DNA from: Capsulimonadales bacterium | GTDB taxonomy: Bacteria > Armatimonadota > Armatimonadia > Armatimonadales > Armatimonadaceae | NCBI GenBank assembly: GCA_033762295.1 | Contig: JANRLW010000069.1 | Coordinates: 32,001 to 96,000, forward strand | Reading direction: 5' to 3' | Length of the DNA stretch: 64,000 nucleotides | In this document: positions 27,559 through 37,800 of the stretch, in pieces | Layout: every line of letters starts with the position of its first letter | Position numbering within the stretch: the first letter of the stretch is position 1 | Position numbers and translations under genes: made by a program | Notes under the pieces: model-generated | Databases searched by the model: none | The model's input: the letters and a program-made list of their open reading frames with translations, nothing else | What the model was told of the DNA's origin: nothing

Positions 27559-28674
27559 ATGCCTGAGATAAAATCCGTCGAGGTGCGACGCTGGAATGTG
27601 CCGATGCGGTCTCCTTACCGCTCAGCACAGCGTATCACCCGTGTCGCCGCCAACGTACTGGTGCGGGTAACCCTGACGGACGGCGCGGTCGGCTACGGAG
27701 AATCGGCTCCTGCGGCGTATGTTACCGGCGAGACACAGGAAACGGTGCGGGCCGCCGTGCTGACCATGGCCCGGGAACTGATCGGGAAGCCGCCGGAGGC
27801 CGCTCTGGCCGCCGTGCTCCAAAGCCCGACACGGACCCCCGGGGCGCGGGGCGCTCTGGAAACGGCGATTCGGGATGCCCGGTCTCGTTCCGAAGGCCGT
27901 CCTTTCTACCGGGAGTTTCCGGCCACGGCGGAGACTCCGGTCCTTTCCATCCGTACCGATCTTTCGTTGCCGTTGCTCCCGCCCGACGAAGCGGCGGAAC
28001 GGGCCACGCGTTTTGCCGCCGTCGGCTTTCGGTCGTTCAAAATCAAAGTGGACGGAAAAACCAGGGAGGATGAGGCGCGGGTTCGCGCGGTCGCCGAAAG
28101 CGCACCCGGAACGTTCCTGCGGATCGACGGCAATCAGGCGTTCTCCGCAACGGAAGCGATTCACCTCGTCCGGCGTCTCGATGATCTCTTGCCCCGTCTG
28201 CAGATGTTCGAGCAGCCGACTCCGGCCGGGGACGATCAGGCGATGTTTCAGGTACAGGACGCGATCCCGATCCCGGTTTTTGCCGACGAGTCCGTCCGTC
28301 ACCCGACCGATGCCGCCCGTCTGCTCAATCAGGGAGCGTGCCGGGGCGTCGTTCTGAAAATCGCCAAATCGGGGATCGCCGAAACGCTGGCGATCGGCCG
28401 GGCGGTGCGCGATGCGGGCGGGGTCTGCCTGTTCGGCTGCATGATGGAGACGCGGGTCGCGATCTCCGCGGCGGTGCATCTCGCGGTCGCCCTGGGGCCG
28501 GAGATCGTTCCCTTTCTCGATCTGGACGGACCCTTTCTGGTGGACGATTCCCGTCTGGTCCGGGGCGGCATACGTATCGACGGCGACATCCTGCGCGTTT
28601 CGGAAACCGATCCCGGCCTCGGGGTCGCCCCCGACTTTGCCGCGACCGATTCCGAATCCATGGATCGGGTATAA
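27559..28674 (+). CDS. Dipeptide epimerase (L-Ala-D/L-Glu epimerase-like, enolase superfamily)
   Basis: GYGE, KIK, DGNQ, EQP, ADES, LKIAKSG, GCMME and DLD motifs all intact. Confidence 0.88.
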   Translation: MPEIKSVEVRRWNVPMRSPYRSAQRITRVAANVLVRVTLTDGAVGYGESAPAAYVTGETQETVRAAVLTMARELIGKPPEAALAAVLQSPTRTPGARGALETAIRDARSRSEGRPFYREFPATAETPVLSIRTDLSLPLLPPDEAAERATRFAAVGFRSFKIKVDGKTREDEARVRAVAESAPGTFLRIDGNQAFSATEAIHLVRRLDDLLPRLQMFEQPTPAGDDQAMFQVQDAIPIPVFADESVRHPTDAARLLNQGACRGVVLKIAKSGIAETLAIGRAVRDAGGVCLFGCMMETRVAISAAVHLAVALGPEIVPFLDLDGPFLVDDSRLVRGGIRIDGDILRVSETDPGLGVAPDFAATDSESMDRV

Positions 28675-28681
28675 TGCCGTT

Positions 28682-29803
28682 ATGCCATCTGCCAAGCCAC
28701 GCCGCATCGTCGTTCTGGGGTCCACCGGCTCGATCGGGACGCAGACGCTGGATGTTGTTCGACGGCTGGGGCCGGATCGCGCGGCGATTGTCGGACTGGC
28801 GGCGCGACGCAACGAGGCGCTGTTGCGGGAACAGGCGGCGGAGTTCGCGGTCGAACATCTCTGCCTGACGGAGCGGGATGGTGAGGACGCGATGATCTCG
28901 CTGGCCACCCTGGAATCGGCCGATACCGTGGTGGTGGCCGTGGCCGGTGCGGCCGCGCTGTCCGCCACGGTGGCGGCGGCCCGCCTCGGAAAGCGGCTCT
29001 GCCTCGCGACCAAGGAGGTCCTGGTCGCCGCCGGAGACCTGGTAATGCGGACGGTCCGCGAGTGCGGCGCGGAGATACTGCCGATCGATTCGGAGCATTC
29101 CGCCATCTTCCAGTGTCTTCAAGGTTACCCGAAGGAGTCGATCGCCTATCTCCATATCACGGCGTCCGGCGGCCCGTTTCGAACCTGGAGCGCCGAGCGT
29201 ATCCGGGCGGCGACCGTCGAGGAGGCGTTGAACCATCCGACCTGGCGAATGGGAGGGAAGATCACGATCGATTCCGCCACCCTGATGAACAAGGGACTGG
29301 AGGTCATCGAGGCGTGCCATCTTTTCGATCTGTCGATCGATCGGGTGCGCGTCGTCGTGCATCCCCAGAGCGTCGTGCATTCGTTCGTCGAACTGACCGA
29401 TGGCGCGTTGCTGGCGCAACTGGGATTGCCGGATATGCGCTTGCCCATACAGATCGCCCTCACCTATCCCGACAAAACGGATATCGGACTGCCCCGTCTG
29501 CTGCCCACGCAGATCGGTACGCTGACGTTCGAGGAGCCGGACGAGGAGCGTTTCCCGGCGCTCCGATGGGCGCGGCGCGCCTTTGAGATCGGCGGGACCG
29601 CGCCCGCCGTCCTCAACGCCGCAAATGAGGAAGCCGTCGGCGCGTTTCTTGCAGGGAGAATCGCGTTCGGAGAGATTTGCGGACTGGTCGCCGCGTCACT
29701 GGAGGCGCATACGCCGGTTCCTGCCGAGGCACTGGAGACGATTCGGACGGCCGATCAAGCCGGACGGAACTTCGTTCGGGCCTCCGTGGGTACTAATCCC
29801 TGA
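28682..29803 (+). CDS. dxr: 1-deoxy-D-xylulose-5-phosphate reductoisomerase
   Basis: GSTGSIG, PIDSEHSAIFQ, TASGGPF, HPTWRMGGKITIDSATLMNKGLE, NAANE. Confidence 0.97.
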   Translation: MPSAKPRRIVVLGSTGSIGTQTLDVVRRLGPDRAAIVGLAARRNEALLREQAAEFAVEHLCLTERDGEDAMISLATLESADTVVVAVAGAAALSATVAAARLGKRLCLATKEVLVAAGDLVMRTVRECGAEILPIDSEHSAIFQCLQGYPKESIAYLHITASGGPFRTWSAERIRAATVEEALNHPTWRMGGKITIDSATLMNKGLEVIEACHLFDLSIDRVRVVVHPQSVVHSFVELTDGALLAQLGLPDMRLPIQIALTYPDKTDIGLPRLLPTQIGTLTFEEPDEERFPALRWARRAFEIGGTAPAVLNAANEEAVGAFLAGRIAFGEICGLVAASLEAHTPVPAEALETIRTADQAGRNFVRASVGTNP

Positions 29804-29837
29804 GACGGTTCGGAGTCGTACGGAGGAGTTAACGAAT

Positions 29838-31001
29838 TTGGGCTCGATCTATTTCGTTCTGGTCTTTCTGCTGATTCTGGGAATACTCGTGTTTTTCCAT
29901 GAACTCGGCCATTTTCTCGCCGCGAAGATGCTCGGGATGCGTGTCCTGGAGTTTGCGTTCAATATGGGACCCCGCGTCGTCCGACTCTACCACGACGGAG
30001 AGACGGAGTATACGATCCGCGCGATCCCTCTTGGCGGGTTCGTCCGTATTGCCGGAATGGAGGTAGAGGACGAAGTGAGCGAGACCGCGAAGCTCACCAA
30101 CGGTCTTGTCAATACGAACACCCGGCTCGAACGGCAGGAGGCTGTCCGGATCGACGAGACGCCGTCCGCTTCCGTTCGTGCCGACGACCCCCGTGGTTAT
30201 AACAATCGCCCGGTCTGGCAGCGTGCCATCGTCATCCTGGCAGGGCCGGTTTTCAGTTTCCTCCTGGGGTGGATCACCCTTTGCCTGATCGGCGTCGTCG
30301 CCGGAATTCCTGATAAGACCCAACTGGGCGTCGGCGAAGTCCTCAAAGGAAGCGTGGCCGAACAGGTCGGGCTGAAGAAAGGGGATACGATCACCGCTAT
30401 CAACGCCAAACCGGTGGAGAACTATACGGTGGCCCTGAAGACGATTCATGCCTCCGCCGGCCAACCCCTGACGCTCCGTCTGCGCGACAAGGAAGGAACC
30501 CTGCGGGATGTTTCGGCGACGCCGCGTACTCAGACGGACCGGGAAACGGGAAAACAGATCGGGTTGCTCGGTTTTCAACCCGAACCCATCACGCTGACCG
30601 TTCGGCGAACGTCCCTGGCCGAATCGTTCTCACAGGGGAATATGCTCACCCTCCGATGGTTCGAACTGATGGGAAGCCTGATCTCGTCCGGAGCGATCAC
30701 GAAATCGGTCGGCGGACCGGTCGCGATCTTCAAGGAGACGACATCGGCCTCGAAACGGGGCGGCCCGGAACCGATGTTCCTGCTCGGGCAACTCTCGCTG
30801 TCGCTGGGATTGTTCAACCTCTTTCCGATCCCGATTCTCGATGGCGGTCACCTGATGTTACTTGCTCTGGAATCACTACGCCGACGAAAGCTGACCCCGG
30901 CGCAAACGGCGGGGGTTCAGTATGCGGGACTTGCCATCCTGCTTACCATTTTCATCCTGGTCATGTTTAAGGATGTCAGCGGACTCCTGAAGAACGGCTA
31001 A
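29838..31001 (+). CDS. rseP: RIP metalloprotease RseP (M50 family, PDZ domain)
   Basis: HELGH, IPLGGFV, AGP, PDZ domain, NLFPIPILDGG; directly follows dxr; GGAGGAG + TTG start. Confidence 0.93.
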   Translation: MGSIYFVLVFLLILGILVFFHELGHFLAAKMLGMRVLEFAFNMGPRVVRLYHDGETEYTIRAIPLGGFVRIAGMEVEDEVSETAKLTNGLVNTNTRLERQEAVRIDETPSASVRADDPRGYNNRPVWQRAIVILAGPVFSFLLGWITLCLIGVVAGIPDKTQLGVGEVLKGSVAEQVGLKKGDTITAINAKPVENYTVALKTIHASAGQPLTLRLRDKEGTLRDVSATPRTQTDRETGKQIGLLGFQPEPITLTVRRTSLAESFSQGNMLTLRWFELMGSLISSGAITKSVGGPVAIFKETTSASKRGGPEPMFLLGQLSLSLGLFNLFPIPILDGGHLMLLALESLRRRKLTPAQTAGVQYAGLAILLTIFILVMFKDVSGLLKNG

Positions 31002-31963
31002 CTCGCGCGGTTCAGGGCGGCGCCTCGTCGAACGTAGAGCGCCAGACCCGCCGCGAGCAGGGCGGCGACCCCGAATTTCAAAGCGGGCGGAAGTCCGGCC
31101 GGACTGAGGAAAGCCTCGATAAAACCGGCAAGGATGAGCAGCAGAATGGTGCCGAACACCAGGCGTATCGCGTCCTTGCCGGCAAGGAGGATCGCTTCCT
31201 GACGCGGCAGTTCGCCGGGAGCGATCAACGCCTTGCCGATCAACATCCCGGACGCGCCGGAAATGAAGATCGCGGACAGTTCCGGGACACCATGAGGAGC
31301 GATAAACGACCAGAAGTCCAGGGCGTAACCATGGTCCGCCTGGTGAACGGCCAGTGAACCGATCGGTAATCCGTTCAGAAAGAGGACAAGTAACGTGGGG
31401 ACGGCGCCAAGGATGCCCCAGCCGAACGCCATGATGGCAACGCGGATATTGTTCTGCATCAGGAAGGCGGCGTCACTGGGACGTTCGGCATCGGTAATCT
31501 CGGTTGACAGGCTGCGGTAAAAGTCCGGTCGGTTCAGGATGAACTCGCTGAAGACCGCAATGTTCTCCCGGTTTTGCAGACACAGAACCGCCGCCACCAG
31601 CCCCCCCAGAACGAACAGGCCGGCAGCGATGCCGATCATTCCCAGATGCCTGTGCAGAAGACGCGGAAACCCGTCGGAGACGAAACGGCGAAACCGATCG
31701 AGACCGGGACTGCGTTCGGCGTAGAGAAGACCATGCGCCCGAGTGACCAGATCGTTCAGGTGCTGCAGCAGGACCGGATCGCCGCCGCGAAGGCGGGCGT
31801 AGGCCAGATCCGCTGCCGCCCGACGGTAGAGTGGGCCGATCGCCCGGAGGTCTTCCCGGGAGAGGCGACGGACATCGCTTTTCCCGCCCGCCCGGGTAAG
31901 GATCGCCGCCAGCTCTTCCCAGCCGGCTTTTCGTTTTTCGATAAAATCGTTCATGCCCGCCAT
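30998..31963 (-). CDS. SpoIIM/DUF95-family membrane protein
   Basis: YRRAAADLAYAR, NNIRVA, PHGVPELSAI and AGFIEAF motifs. Confidence 0.88.
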   Translation of the reverse strand: MAGMNDFIEKRKAGWEELAAILTRAGGKSDVRRLSREDLRAIGPLYRRAAADLAYARLRGGDPVLLQHLNDLVTRAHGLLYAERSPGLDRFRRFVSDGFPRLLHRHLGMIGIAAGLFVLGGLVAAVLCLQNRENIAVFSEFILNRPDFYRSLSTEITDAERPSDAAFLMQNNIRVAIMAFGWGILGAVPTLLVLFLNGLPIGSLAVHQADHGYALDFWSFIAPHGVPELSAIFISGASGMLIGKALIAPGELPRQEAILLAGKDAIRLVFGTILLLILAGFIEAFLSPAGLPPALKFGVAALLAAGLALYVRRGAALNRAS

Positions 31964-32015
31964 GAACCGATGTTACCCGGTCTCAAAGGAACGCGCACGG
32001 TACAATGAGGACACG

Positions 32016-32822
32016 ATGGCTCGACAGCTCACCATTATTACTCCGGAGAACATTCCCCTCGCACTGGAACCGGCAGGACTCGCGACCCGCTTCGGCGCGC
32101 TGTTGATCGACCTTTTTCTTCAGGGATGCGCTCTGGCGGCGGTCATCATTCTCTGGCTGGCGCTCTCCGCCGCGGGCCTCTCCCTCAAAGCGGTGACGGG
32201 CGGGCAGGATGAAGCGGCCAATAACCTGCTGTCGGCGATCGCGATTCTCGTCGGGTCTCTGGTGCTGTCCGGATATTTCATCGTTTTCGAACACCTCTGG
32301 AACGGGCAAACGCCGGGGAAACGGGCGTTCAACCTGCGGGTGGTGCGGGATAACGGTGCGCCGGTCGATTTCGGAGCCGTCGCCGCACGGAACTTCGTCC
32401 GGATCGCCGACATGCTGCCGATCTCCTATGCTGTGGGCGCACTGACCATCTTCTTCCATCCGACCTACAAACGCCTTGGAGATGTGGTCGCCGGAACCGT
32501 CGTCATCAAGGAGCGGGCCGGAACCAACCTGCCGACGTTCCACTGGGGACAGGTGAAGGAAAACGCTCCGGATACCGGCCCGTTGCCGCCCGGCGCGCTG
32601 AACCCTCAGGACGTTCTGAGCCGGCAGGAACTGACGCTTCTACGCCAGTTTGCGGCCCGACGATGGCAGATGACGTCCGATGACTCCGAACGGCTGGCCT
32701 ACCGATTGATGGCTCCGCTCGTTTCCCGTCTGAACATCACCTTTACGCCGGGGACCGCGCCGCGATATGCGGACCTGATCTCGACCCTCGTTGCCACGGC
32801 GGACCGAACGGAACCGGAATAG
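32016..32822 (+). CDS. RDD-family membrane protein
   Basis: TPE, RFGALLID, GQTPGKR, RNFVR, RLGDVVAGT. Confidence 0.88.
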   Translation: MARQLTIITPENIPLALEPAGLATRFGALLIDLFLQGCALAAVIILWLALSAAGLSLKAVTGGQDEAANNLLSAIAILVGSLVLSGYFIVFEHLWNGQTPGKRAFNLRVVRDNGAPVDFGAVAARNFVRIADMLPISYAVGALTIFFHPTYKRLGDVVAGTVVIKERAGTNLPTFHWGQVKENAPDTGPLPPGALNPQDVLSRQELTLLRQFAARRWQMTSDDSERLAYRLMAPLVSRLNITFTPGTAPRYADLISTLVATADRTEPE

Positions 32823-32876
32823 AGCGGCGATAAGGAACACCCCGGCAGGCGAAAGTTGTTCGCTCCCTCCGGGGAG

Positions 32877-34589
32877 CTACCGCAGGCTTTCCAGCAACGC
32901 CCGGACCGAGGCCAGGGTCTCCTCGATCGGGATCTCCCGACCGCTGGCGGCGTCCTTACGGGCGCGGATTTCCACCTTGCCCCCGGCCAACCCCTTACCG
33001 ATCACAACCCGAACCGGGATGCCGATCAGGTCCGCATCTTTGAACTTGACCCCGGCACGTTCGTCGCGATCATCGAGCAGAACCTCCAACCCGTCGGCGA
33101 TCAGATCATCGTGAAGTTTCTGCCCGGCGGCCGCAGCGGCCTCGTCCTTGACGTTCGCCACGACAAGGACCACCTGGAACGGCGCAACCGCCGGGTGCCA
33201 GATCATTCCGTCCGCGTCGTGCGACGTCTCGAGGATCGCCGCCAGAAGCCGGGATATCCCGATTCCGTAGGAACCCATCAGGATCGGCCGGATTGTTCCC
33301 TGATCGTCGGTGTAGTTCGCTCCCATCGCGCCGGAGTATTTGGTTCCAAGCTGGAAAATATGTCCGACCTCGATACCTCGCGCTTCCTCCAGAGTTCCCT
33401 GTTCGCAGATGGGACAACGGTCTCCGGCGACGGCGATGCGCAGGTCCGCGTAATCGGACGGGGTAAAGTCTCGCCCGATATTGACATGGACATAGTGGGC
33501 GTCCGCCTGGTTCGCTCCGGTGATGAAGTTTTTCATCGGGCGCACCTCATGGTCGGCGAGGATGCGAAGACCGATCAGTCCGGTCGGACCGGCGAAACCG
33601 ACCGGCGCGCCGGTGATTTTCTCGACCGTTTCCGGACCGGCCATTTCGAGAGTCCCCGCGTTGAGGAAGCGCCGCAGTTTGATCTCGTTCACTTCCCGAT
33701 CGCCGCGAACCAGAACCGCGACCGGGTCGCCGTCCGCCAGAAAAAGCAGGGTTTTGACCAGATTATCCGCCGTCGTCGCGAGCATACCGGTGACTTCCTC
33801 GATCGTCCGCGCTCCGGGGGTAGCGACGATTTCGAGCGGTTTCACGCCGTTGGTGGCTTCCGCAGGCGGATCCGGCGGAAAGACCGGGCATTTTTCGGCA
33901 TTGGCGGCGTAACCGCAGTGGGGGCAGCGCAAAACGGTGTCCTCGCCGGCCTCGGCCAGGACCATAAATTCATGGTTTTCCAGATCACCGATCGCCCCGC
34001 CATCCGCCTCGACCGTTAACACCTTCAGTCCCAGTCGGAGAAAGATTCGGTCGTAGGCGTCGCGAATCATCCGGTAGGATTCGCCCATCCCGGTTTCATC
34101 GCGGTCGAACGAGTAGGCGTCGTACATGATGAACTCGCGGGTTCGAATGACCCCGCCGCGCGGACGCGGCTCGTCACGAAATTTGGTCTGCACCTGAAAC
34201 AGCCGTCGGGGAAGGTCGCGCCAGGAACGCATATCGCGTCGCGCGATATCGGCCATGATTTCCTCATGGGTGAAGCCCAGGGCAAGGTCCGCGTCACGCC
34301 GGTCTTTCAGTTTGTAGACGACGTCGACGTTCCAGCGGCCGGACTCCTCCAGCATCTCCCTCGGATGCAGGGTCGGCATCCGCATTTCGAGGCAGTCGAT
34401 CGCCTCCATCTCCGAGCGGATGATCTGTTCGACCTTTCGAAGGACGCGCCAGCCGAGAGGAAGATACGAGTAGACTCCCGCACTGAGTTTGCGGATAAAT
34501 CCGGCGCGCAGCAGCAGTTGATGGGAAGCGATTTCAGCCTCGGCGGGAACATCGCGCAGCGTCGGTATGAAATAACGGGAAACTTTCAA
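32877..34589 (-). CDS. proS: Proline--tRNA ligase (with editing domain)
   Basis: SHQLLLRAGFI, KFRDEPRPRGG..RTREF, GIEVGHIFQLG, YGIGISR, GVKFKDADLIG; GGAG + TTG start. Confidence 0.97.
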   Translation of the reverse strand: MKVSRYFIPTLRDVPAEAEIASHQLLLRAGFIRKLSAGVYSYLPLGWRVLRKVEQIIRSEMEAIDCLEMRMPTLHPREMLEESGRWNVDVVYKLKDRRDADLALGFTHEEIMADIARRDMRSWRDLPRRLFQVQTKFRDEPRPRGGVIRTREFIMYDAYSFDRDETGMGESYRMIRDAYDRIFLRLGLKVLTVEADGGAIGDLENHEFMVLAEAGEDTVLRCPHCGYAANAEKCPVFPPDPPAEATNGVKPLEIVATPGARTIEEVTGMLATTADNLVKTLLFLADGDPVAVLVRGDREVNEIKLRRFLNAGTLEMAGPETVEKITGAPVGFAGPTGLIGLRILADHEVRPMKNFITGANQADAHYVHVNIGRDFTPSDYADLRIAVAGDRCPICEQGTLEEARGIEVGHIFQLGTKYSGAMGANYTDDQGTIRPILMGSYGIGISRLLAAILETSHDADGMIWHPAVAPFQVVLVVANVKDEAAAAAGQKLHDDLIADGLEVLLDDRDERAGVKFKDADLIGIPVRVVIGKGLAGGKVEIRARKDAASGREIPIEETLASVRALLESLR

Positions 34590-34814
34590 CGAATCAAGAC
34601 TCCTGCACGCTGCATCCTCCCAGTAGGAGAACCGGCGGCTCCGCTCGCGGTCTCGAACACGAATCGACGGCGTCGCGCTGCGCTGCGAAACGCCACTACA
34701 CGAGCGGTTTCATGACGGTAAATTCCCTGACATTATAGCCGTCCCTTTGCAACCGGCGCAAGACAAAAAGGAGAAACCGGCCCTGAGCGAGAAGGCATAC
34801 GTGACGAACGCGGT

Positions 34815-35993
34815 TTAAAGTCCGCTTTCCTGTGATCGAACACAGACCGCATCCAGTCGATCCCGGTGTATGGTGACGCCCCAACCCGGTCCCGGAGGAA
34901 CCGACGCCAGCCCGTGATCGAGCGTTACCCCGTCCGCAAAGGTCTGTGCCGTCAGCGGGTCCAGGGTAACCGGCCAACCCATCATACCGACCGTCGGCTC
35001 CAGGCGTCCCGGAACCCGGAATTCCGACGTGACGAAGTGCAGCGCCGCCGCGAGATGAAGCATCGTGCCGCTGGCGGCCGGAATCGTGTTGATGCCGAAA
35101 CTCTGGGCCAGATTCCGAATGCGCAGGGCTTCCGTCGGTCCCCCGCAGAAGGCCAGATTCAACTGGAGGCAGGCGACCCCGCCGCTTTGCAGGAGGTGTT
35201 GATAACCCCAGCGCGTCTGCTCCCATTTGCCGACGTACAGCGGAATCGGCACCCGATCCGCCAGAATGCGATTCTGATCGGGAAACTCGGGCGAGAGCGG
35301 GTCCACCTGAAAGGCGAACTTCGCATCCGCCAGGGCGTTGCCGACCTGGATCGCCTCGGCGAGATCATACGCATGACCGGCATCGGCCATCAACGTCGCG
35401 TTCGGAAAATTTTCCCGCAGTCGCCGGATCAGAGCCAGATCGAAGGAGAGGTTTCGACCGATCTGGGCCTTGACGCCGCGAAATCCCTGTTCGAAATACC
35501 CCTGAGCCTCGTCGATCAACTGGGGGATCAGTTCGGTCTCCGGACGATCGCGGAAGAAAAGGCCGACCGCATAGAATGGTACCCGCTCGAACGCCCGCCC
35601 GCCCATCATTTCGCTGCACGGGCGTTTCAAAACCTTTCCCTTGACGTCCCAGAGGGCCATATCGATCCCGGAAAGGGCGGCGACCATGAGACCGCGCCGT
35701 CCCCATCGGAACCCTTCCGTCCGCAGCGTATGCCAGAGACGGTCCGTCTGCAATGCGTCCCGCCCGAGCAGGAAGTCGGAATAGAACGAATGGACGATCG
35801 GAGCGAGCAGAACGGGCGGTCCGGCGCACTCCCCCCAGCCGGTAACGCCGTTCTCCGCCTCGATTTCCACGAGCAGGGTTTCGCGGGTCCGATAACGCAA
35901 CTGGGAGGAGGTCAGGGATTCCTTCAGTGGCAATGTGATGGCATGGGTACGAATACGGATGATCTTAGGCCCGTGGGCCGCGCCACGCCGCAT
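34815..35993 (-). CDS. Mandelate racemase/enolase-superfamily protein, catalytic residues degenerate
   Basis: Capping domain intact (GWGE, ALSGIDMALWDVKGK); barrel motifs altered (KAQ, FQVDP, GKW, QLN, IPA). Confidence 0.85.
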   Translation of the reverse strand: MRRGAAHGPKIIRIRTHAITLPLKESLTSSQLRYRTRETLLVEIEAENGVTGWGECAGPPVLLAPIVHSFYSDFLLGRDALQTDRLWHTLRTEGFRWGRRGLMVAALSGIDMALWDVKGKVLKRPCSEMMGGRAFERVPFYAVGLFFRDRPETELIPQLIDEAQGYFEQGFRGVKAQIGRNLSFDLALIRRLRENFPNATLMADAGHAYDLAEAIQVGNALADAKFAFQVDPLSPEFPDQNRILADRVPIPLYVGKWEQTRWGYQHLLQSGGVACLQLNLAFCGGPTEALRIRNLAQSFGINTIPAASGTMLHLAAALHFVTSEFRVPGRLEPTVGMMGWPVTLDPLTAQTFADGVTLDHGLASVPPGPGWGVTIHRDRLDAVCVRSQESGL

Positions 35994-35996
35994 CCG

Positions 35997-36650
35997 TCAC
36001 TTGCCCTGGCCGCGAGCCTGCGCCACCGCCGTCACAAAGGCGCGCGCCACCTCGGTGAGTTTCCCCCAGTCGGAGGTTTTCAGAACTTCCTTGCTGACCA
36101 GACTGCCTCCGGCCGCAACGGCCGCGCACCCGGCGCGAATGAAATCTCCGGCGGTATGGACGTCGACACCGCCCGTCGGGATGATCTCAAGCTGCGGGAG
36201 CGGCGCCTTGATCGCCTTGATATAGTTCGGCCCCAAACCGTCCGCCGGGAAGATTTTGATGAAATCGGCACCGTTCTCGTGGGCGCTCAGCGCTTCTGTC
36301 GGGGTGTACGCGCCGCAGACGATCGGTCGACTGTACCGGTTGCAAAGATGAATGATGTCCGGTTTCATGACCGGCGTGACGACATACTGCGCGCCGGAAA
36401 GCAGAGCCATCCGGGCGGTTTCGGCATCGAGCACCGTACCGACCCCGATACAGACCCGACTGCCCATCCGCTCCGCTACCTGCTCGATCACTTTCAAAGC
36501 GTTCGGTGTGGTCATCGTCACCTCCATACAGGTGACCCCGCCCGCCTCGAGGGCCGCCGCAACGTCCAGCAACTGAGCGGAACTGTCCGCCCGAAGGACG
36601 GCGATGACGCCCGGATGCAGCATGCGTTCAAGAATTTGGGTTTTATTCAT
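35997..36650 (-). CDS. eda: KDPG/KHG aldolase
   Basis: EVTM, GVGTV, VTP, TPTE, KIFP, PTGGV. Confidence 0.93.
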   Translation of the reverse strand: MNKTQILERMLHPGVIAVLRADSSAQLLDVAAALEAGGVTCMEVTMTTPNALKVIEQVAERMGSRVCIGVGTVLDAETARMALLSGAQYVVTPVMKPDIIHLCNRYSRPIVCGAYTPTEALSAHENGADFIKIFPADGLGPNYIKAIKAPLPQLEIIPTGGVDVHTAGDFIRAGCAAVAAGGSLVSKEVLKTSDWGKLTEVARAFVTAVAQARGQGK

Positions 36651-36666
36651 GATGTTTACCGCGTTT

Positions 36667-37698
36667 TCACCGCTGGACGCGACCGGAACCATCACCCTTC
36701 AGCAGGTTCTCGACCTCTGCCAGCTTCACAAAATTGAAGTCGCCGACGACGGTATGCTTCAGGCAGGAAGCCGCCGCCGCGAATTCGATCGCTTCCGCCG
36801 GACCGCGCCCGTTCAACCGGGCAAACAGCAGTCCCGCCGCGAAGGAATCGCCGCCGCCGACCCGATCCACGATATCGATCTCGTACCGGCGGGAGAAATA
36901 AGGCGTACCGTCCGCATAGAGCATTCCGGACCAGCCGTTCCGGGAGGCGTTGATGCTCTCGCGCAACGTGATCGCGACCTCCTTCAGGCCGAATCGATCG
37001 GTCATCTGCGCGGCGACGTCCCGGTACCGCTCATGGTCGAGGGTGCCCCCGGTCAGGTCCGACCCTTCCGCCGAGATGCCGAAGACCGATTCGCAGTCTT
37101 CCTCGTTGGCGATGCAGAGATCGACGAACGGAAGCAGTTCCCCCATGACCGCCCCGGCCTTTTCCCGCGACCAGAGTTTTTTGCGGTAGTTCAGGTCGCA
37201 GGAGACGAAGATACCCCGGTTGCGCGCGGCTTCTGCGCCCATACGCGCGGCGCGGGCGGCGTTGTCCGAAAGAGCGGGGGTGATACCGGTGAAATGGAAC
37301 GCGGTCGCGCCTTCCAGAAGCCGGTCCCAGTTCAGGTCGTCCGGGTTGATCTCGGCAATCGCGGAGTGCGCCCGATCATAAAGAACCGTGGAGGCTCGCT
37401 GCGACGCCCCCTTCTCGACGAAGTAGACGCCGATCCGGTCACCCCCGCGAAGAATCGAGCGCGTATCGACACCCAGTCCGCGAACCTGCGCGATGAAGGC
37501 GTCGGCGATATCGTTTTTCGGGAGACGGGTGATAAAAGCGGCCTCCATGCCGAGCAAGGCCAGAGAGACCGCCACATTGGCTTCCGCGCCGCCGAAGGTC
37601 ATCTCCAGGGTCGTCGTCTGCAGCAGGCGAAGGTAACCGGGAGGCGAAAGACGGAGCATGACCTCTCCGAACGTAACCACGCGATTGTTCGTGCTCAT
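36667..37698 (-). CDS. kdgK: 2-keto-3-deoxygluconate kinase (PfkB family)
   Basis: FGEVMLRL, GGAEANVA, DLNYRKKLW, DRVGGGDSFAAG; adjacent to eda. Confidence 0.92.
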   Translation of the reverse strand: MSTNNRVVTFGEVMLRLSPPGYLRLLQTTTLEMTFGGAEANVAVSLALLGMEAAFITRLPKNDIADAFIAQVRGLGVDTRSILRGGDRIGVYFVEKGASQRASTVLYDRAHSAIAEINPDDLNWDRLLEGATAFHFTGITPALSDNAARAARMGAEAARNRGIFVSCDLNYRKKLWSREKAGAVMGELLPFVDLCIANEEDCESVFGISAEGSDLTGGTLDHERYRDVAAQMTDRFGLKEVAITLRESINASRNGWSGMLYADGTPYFSRRYEIDIVDRVGGGDSFAAGLLFARLNGRGPAEAIEFAAAASCLKHTVVGDFNFVKLAEVENLLKGDGSGRVQR

Positions 37699-37765
37699 GT
37701 GGCCCGATTCGACAGTCCGAACGGGGATTCCTGCCGGAACCGAAGGGTCTTACGCGCAAAATACA

Positions 37766-37794
37766 TTGCATCTTTCCGGAGGATTTCCTAAAAT
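37766..37794 (+). promoter_or_regulatory. Sigma70 promoter TTGCAT-N17-TAAAAT, 6 nt before the ATG (leaderless)
   Basis: Direct reading of the sequence; ATG at 37801. Confidence 0.55.
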
Positions 37795-37800
37795 GGAAAT

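Noticed and set aside
30998..31963. SpoIIM as evidence of sporulation
   Set aside because: SpoIIM/DUF95 with RDD is widespread in non-sporulating bacteria.
34590..34740. T-box riboswitch upstream of proS
   Set aside because: No GGTGGNACC T-box sequence or terminator, and the leader is too short.
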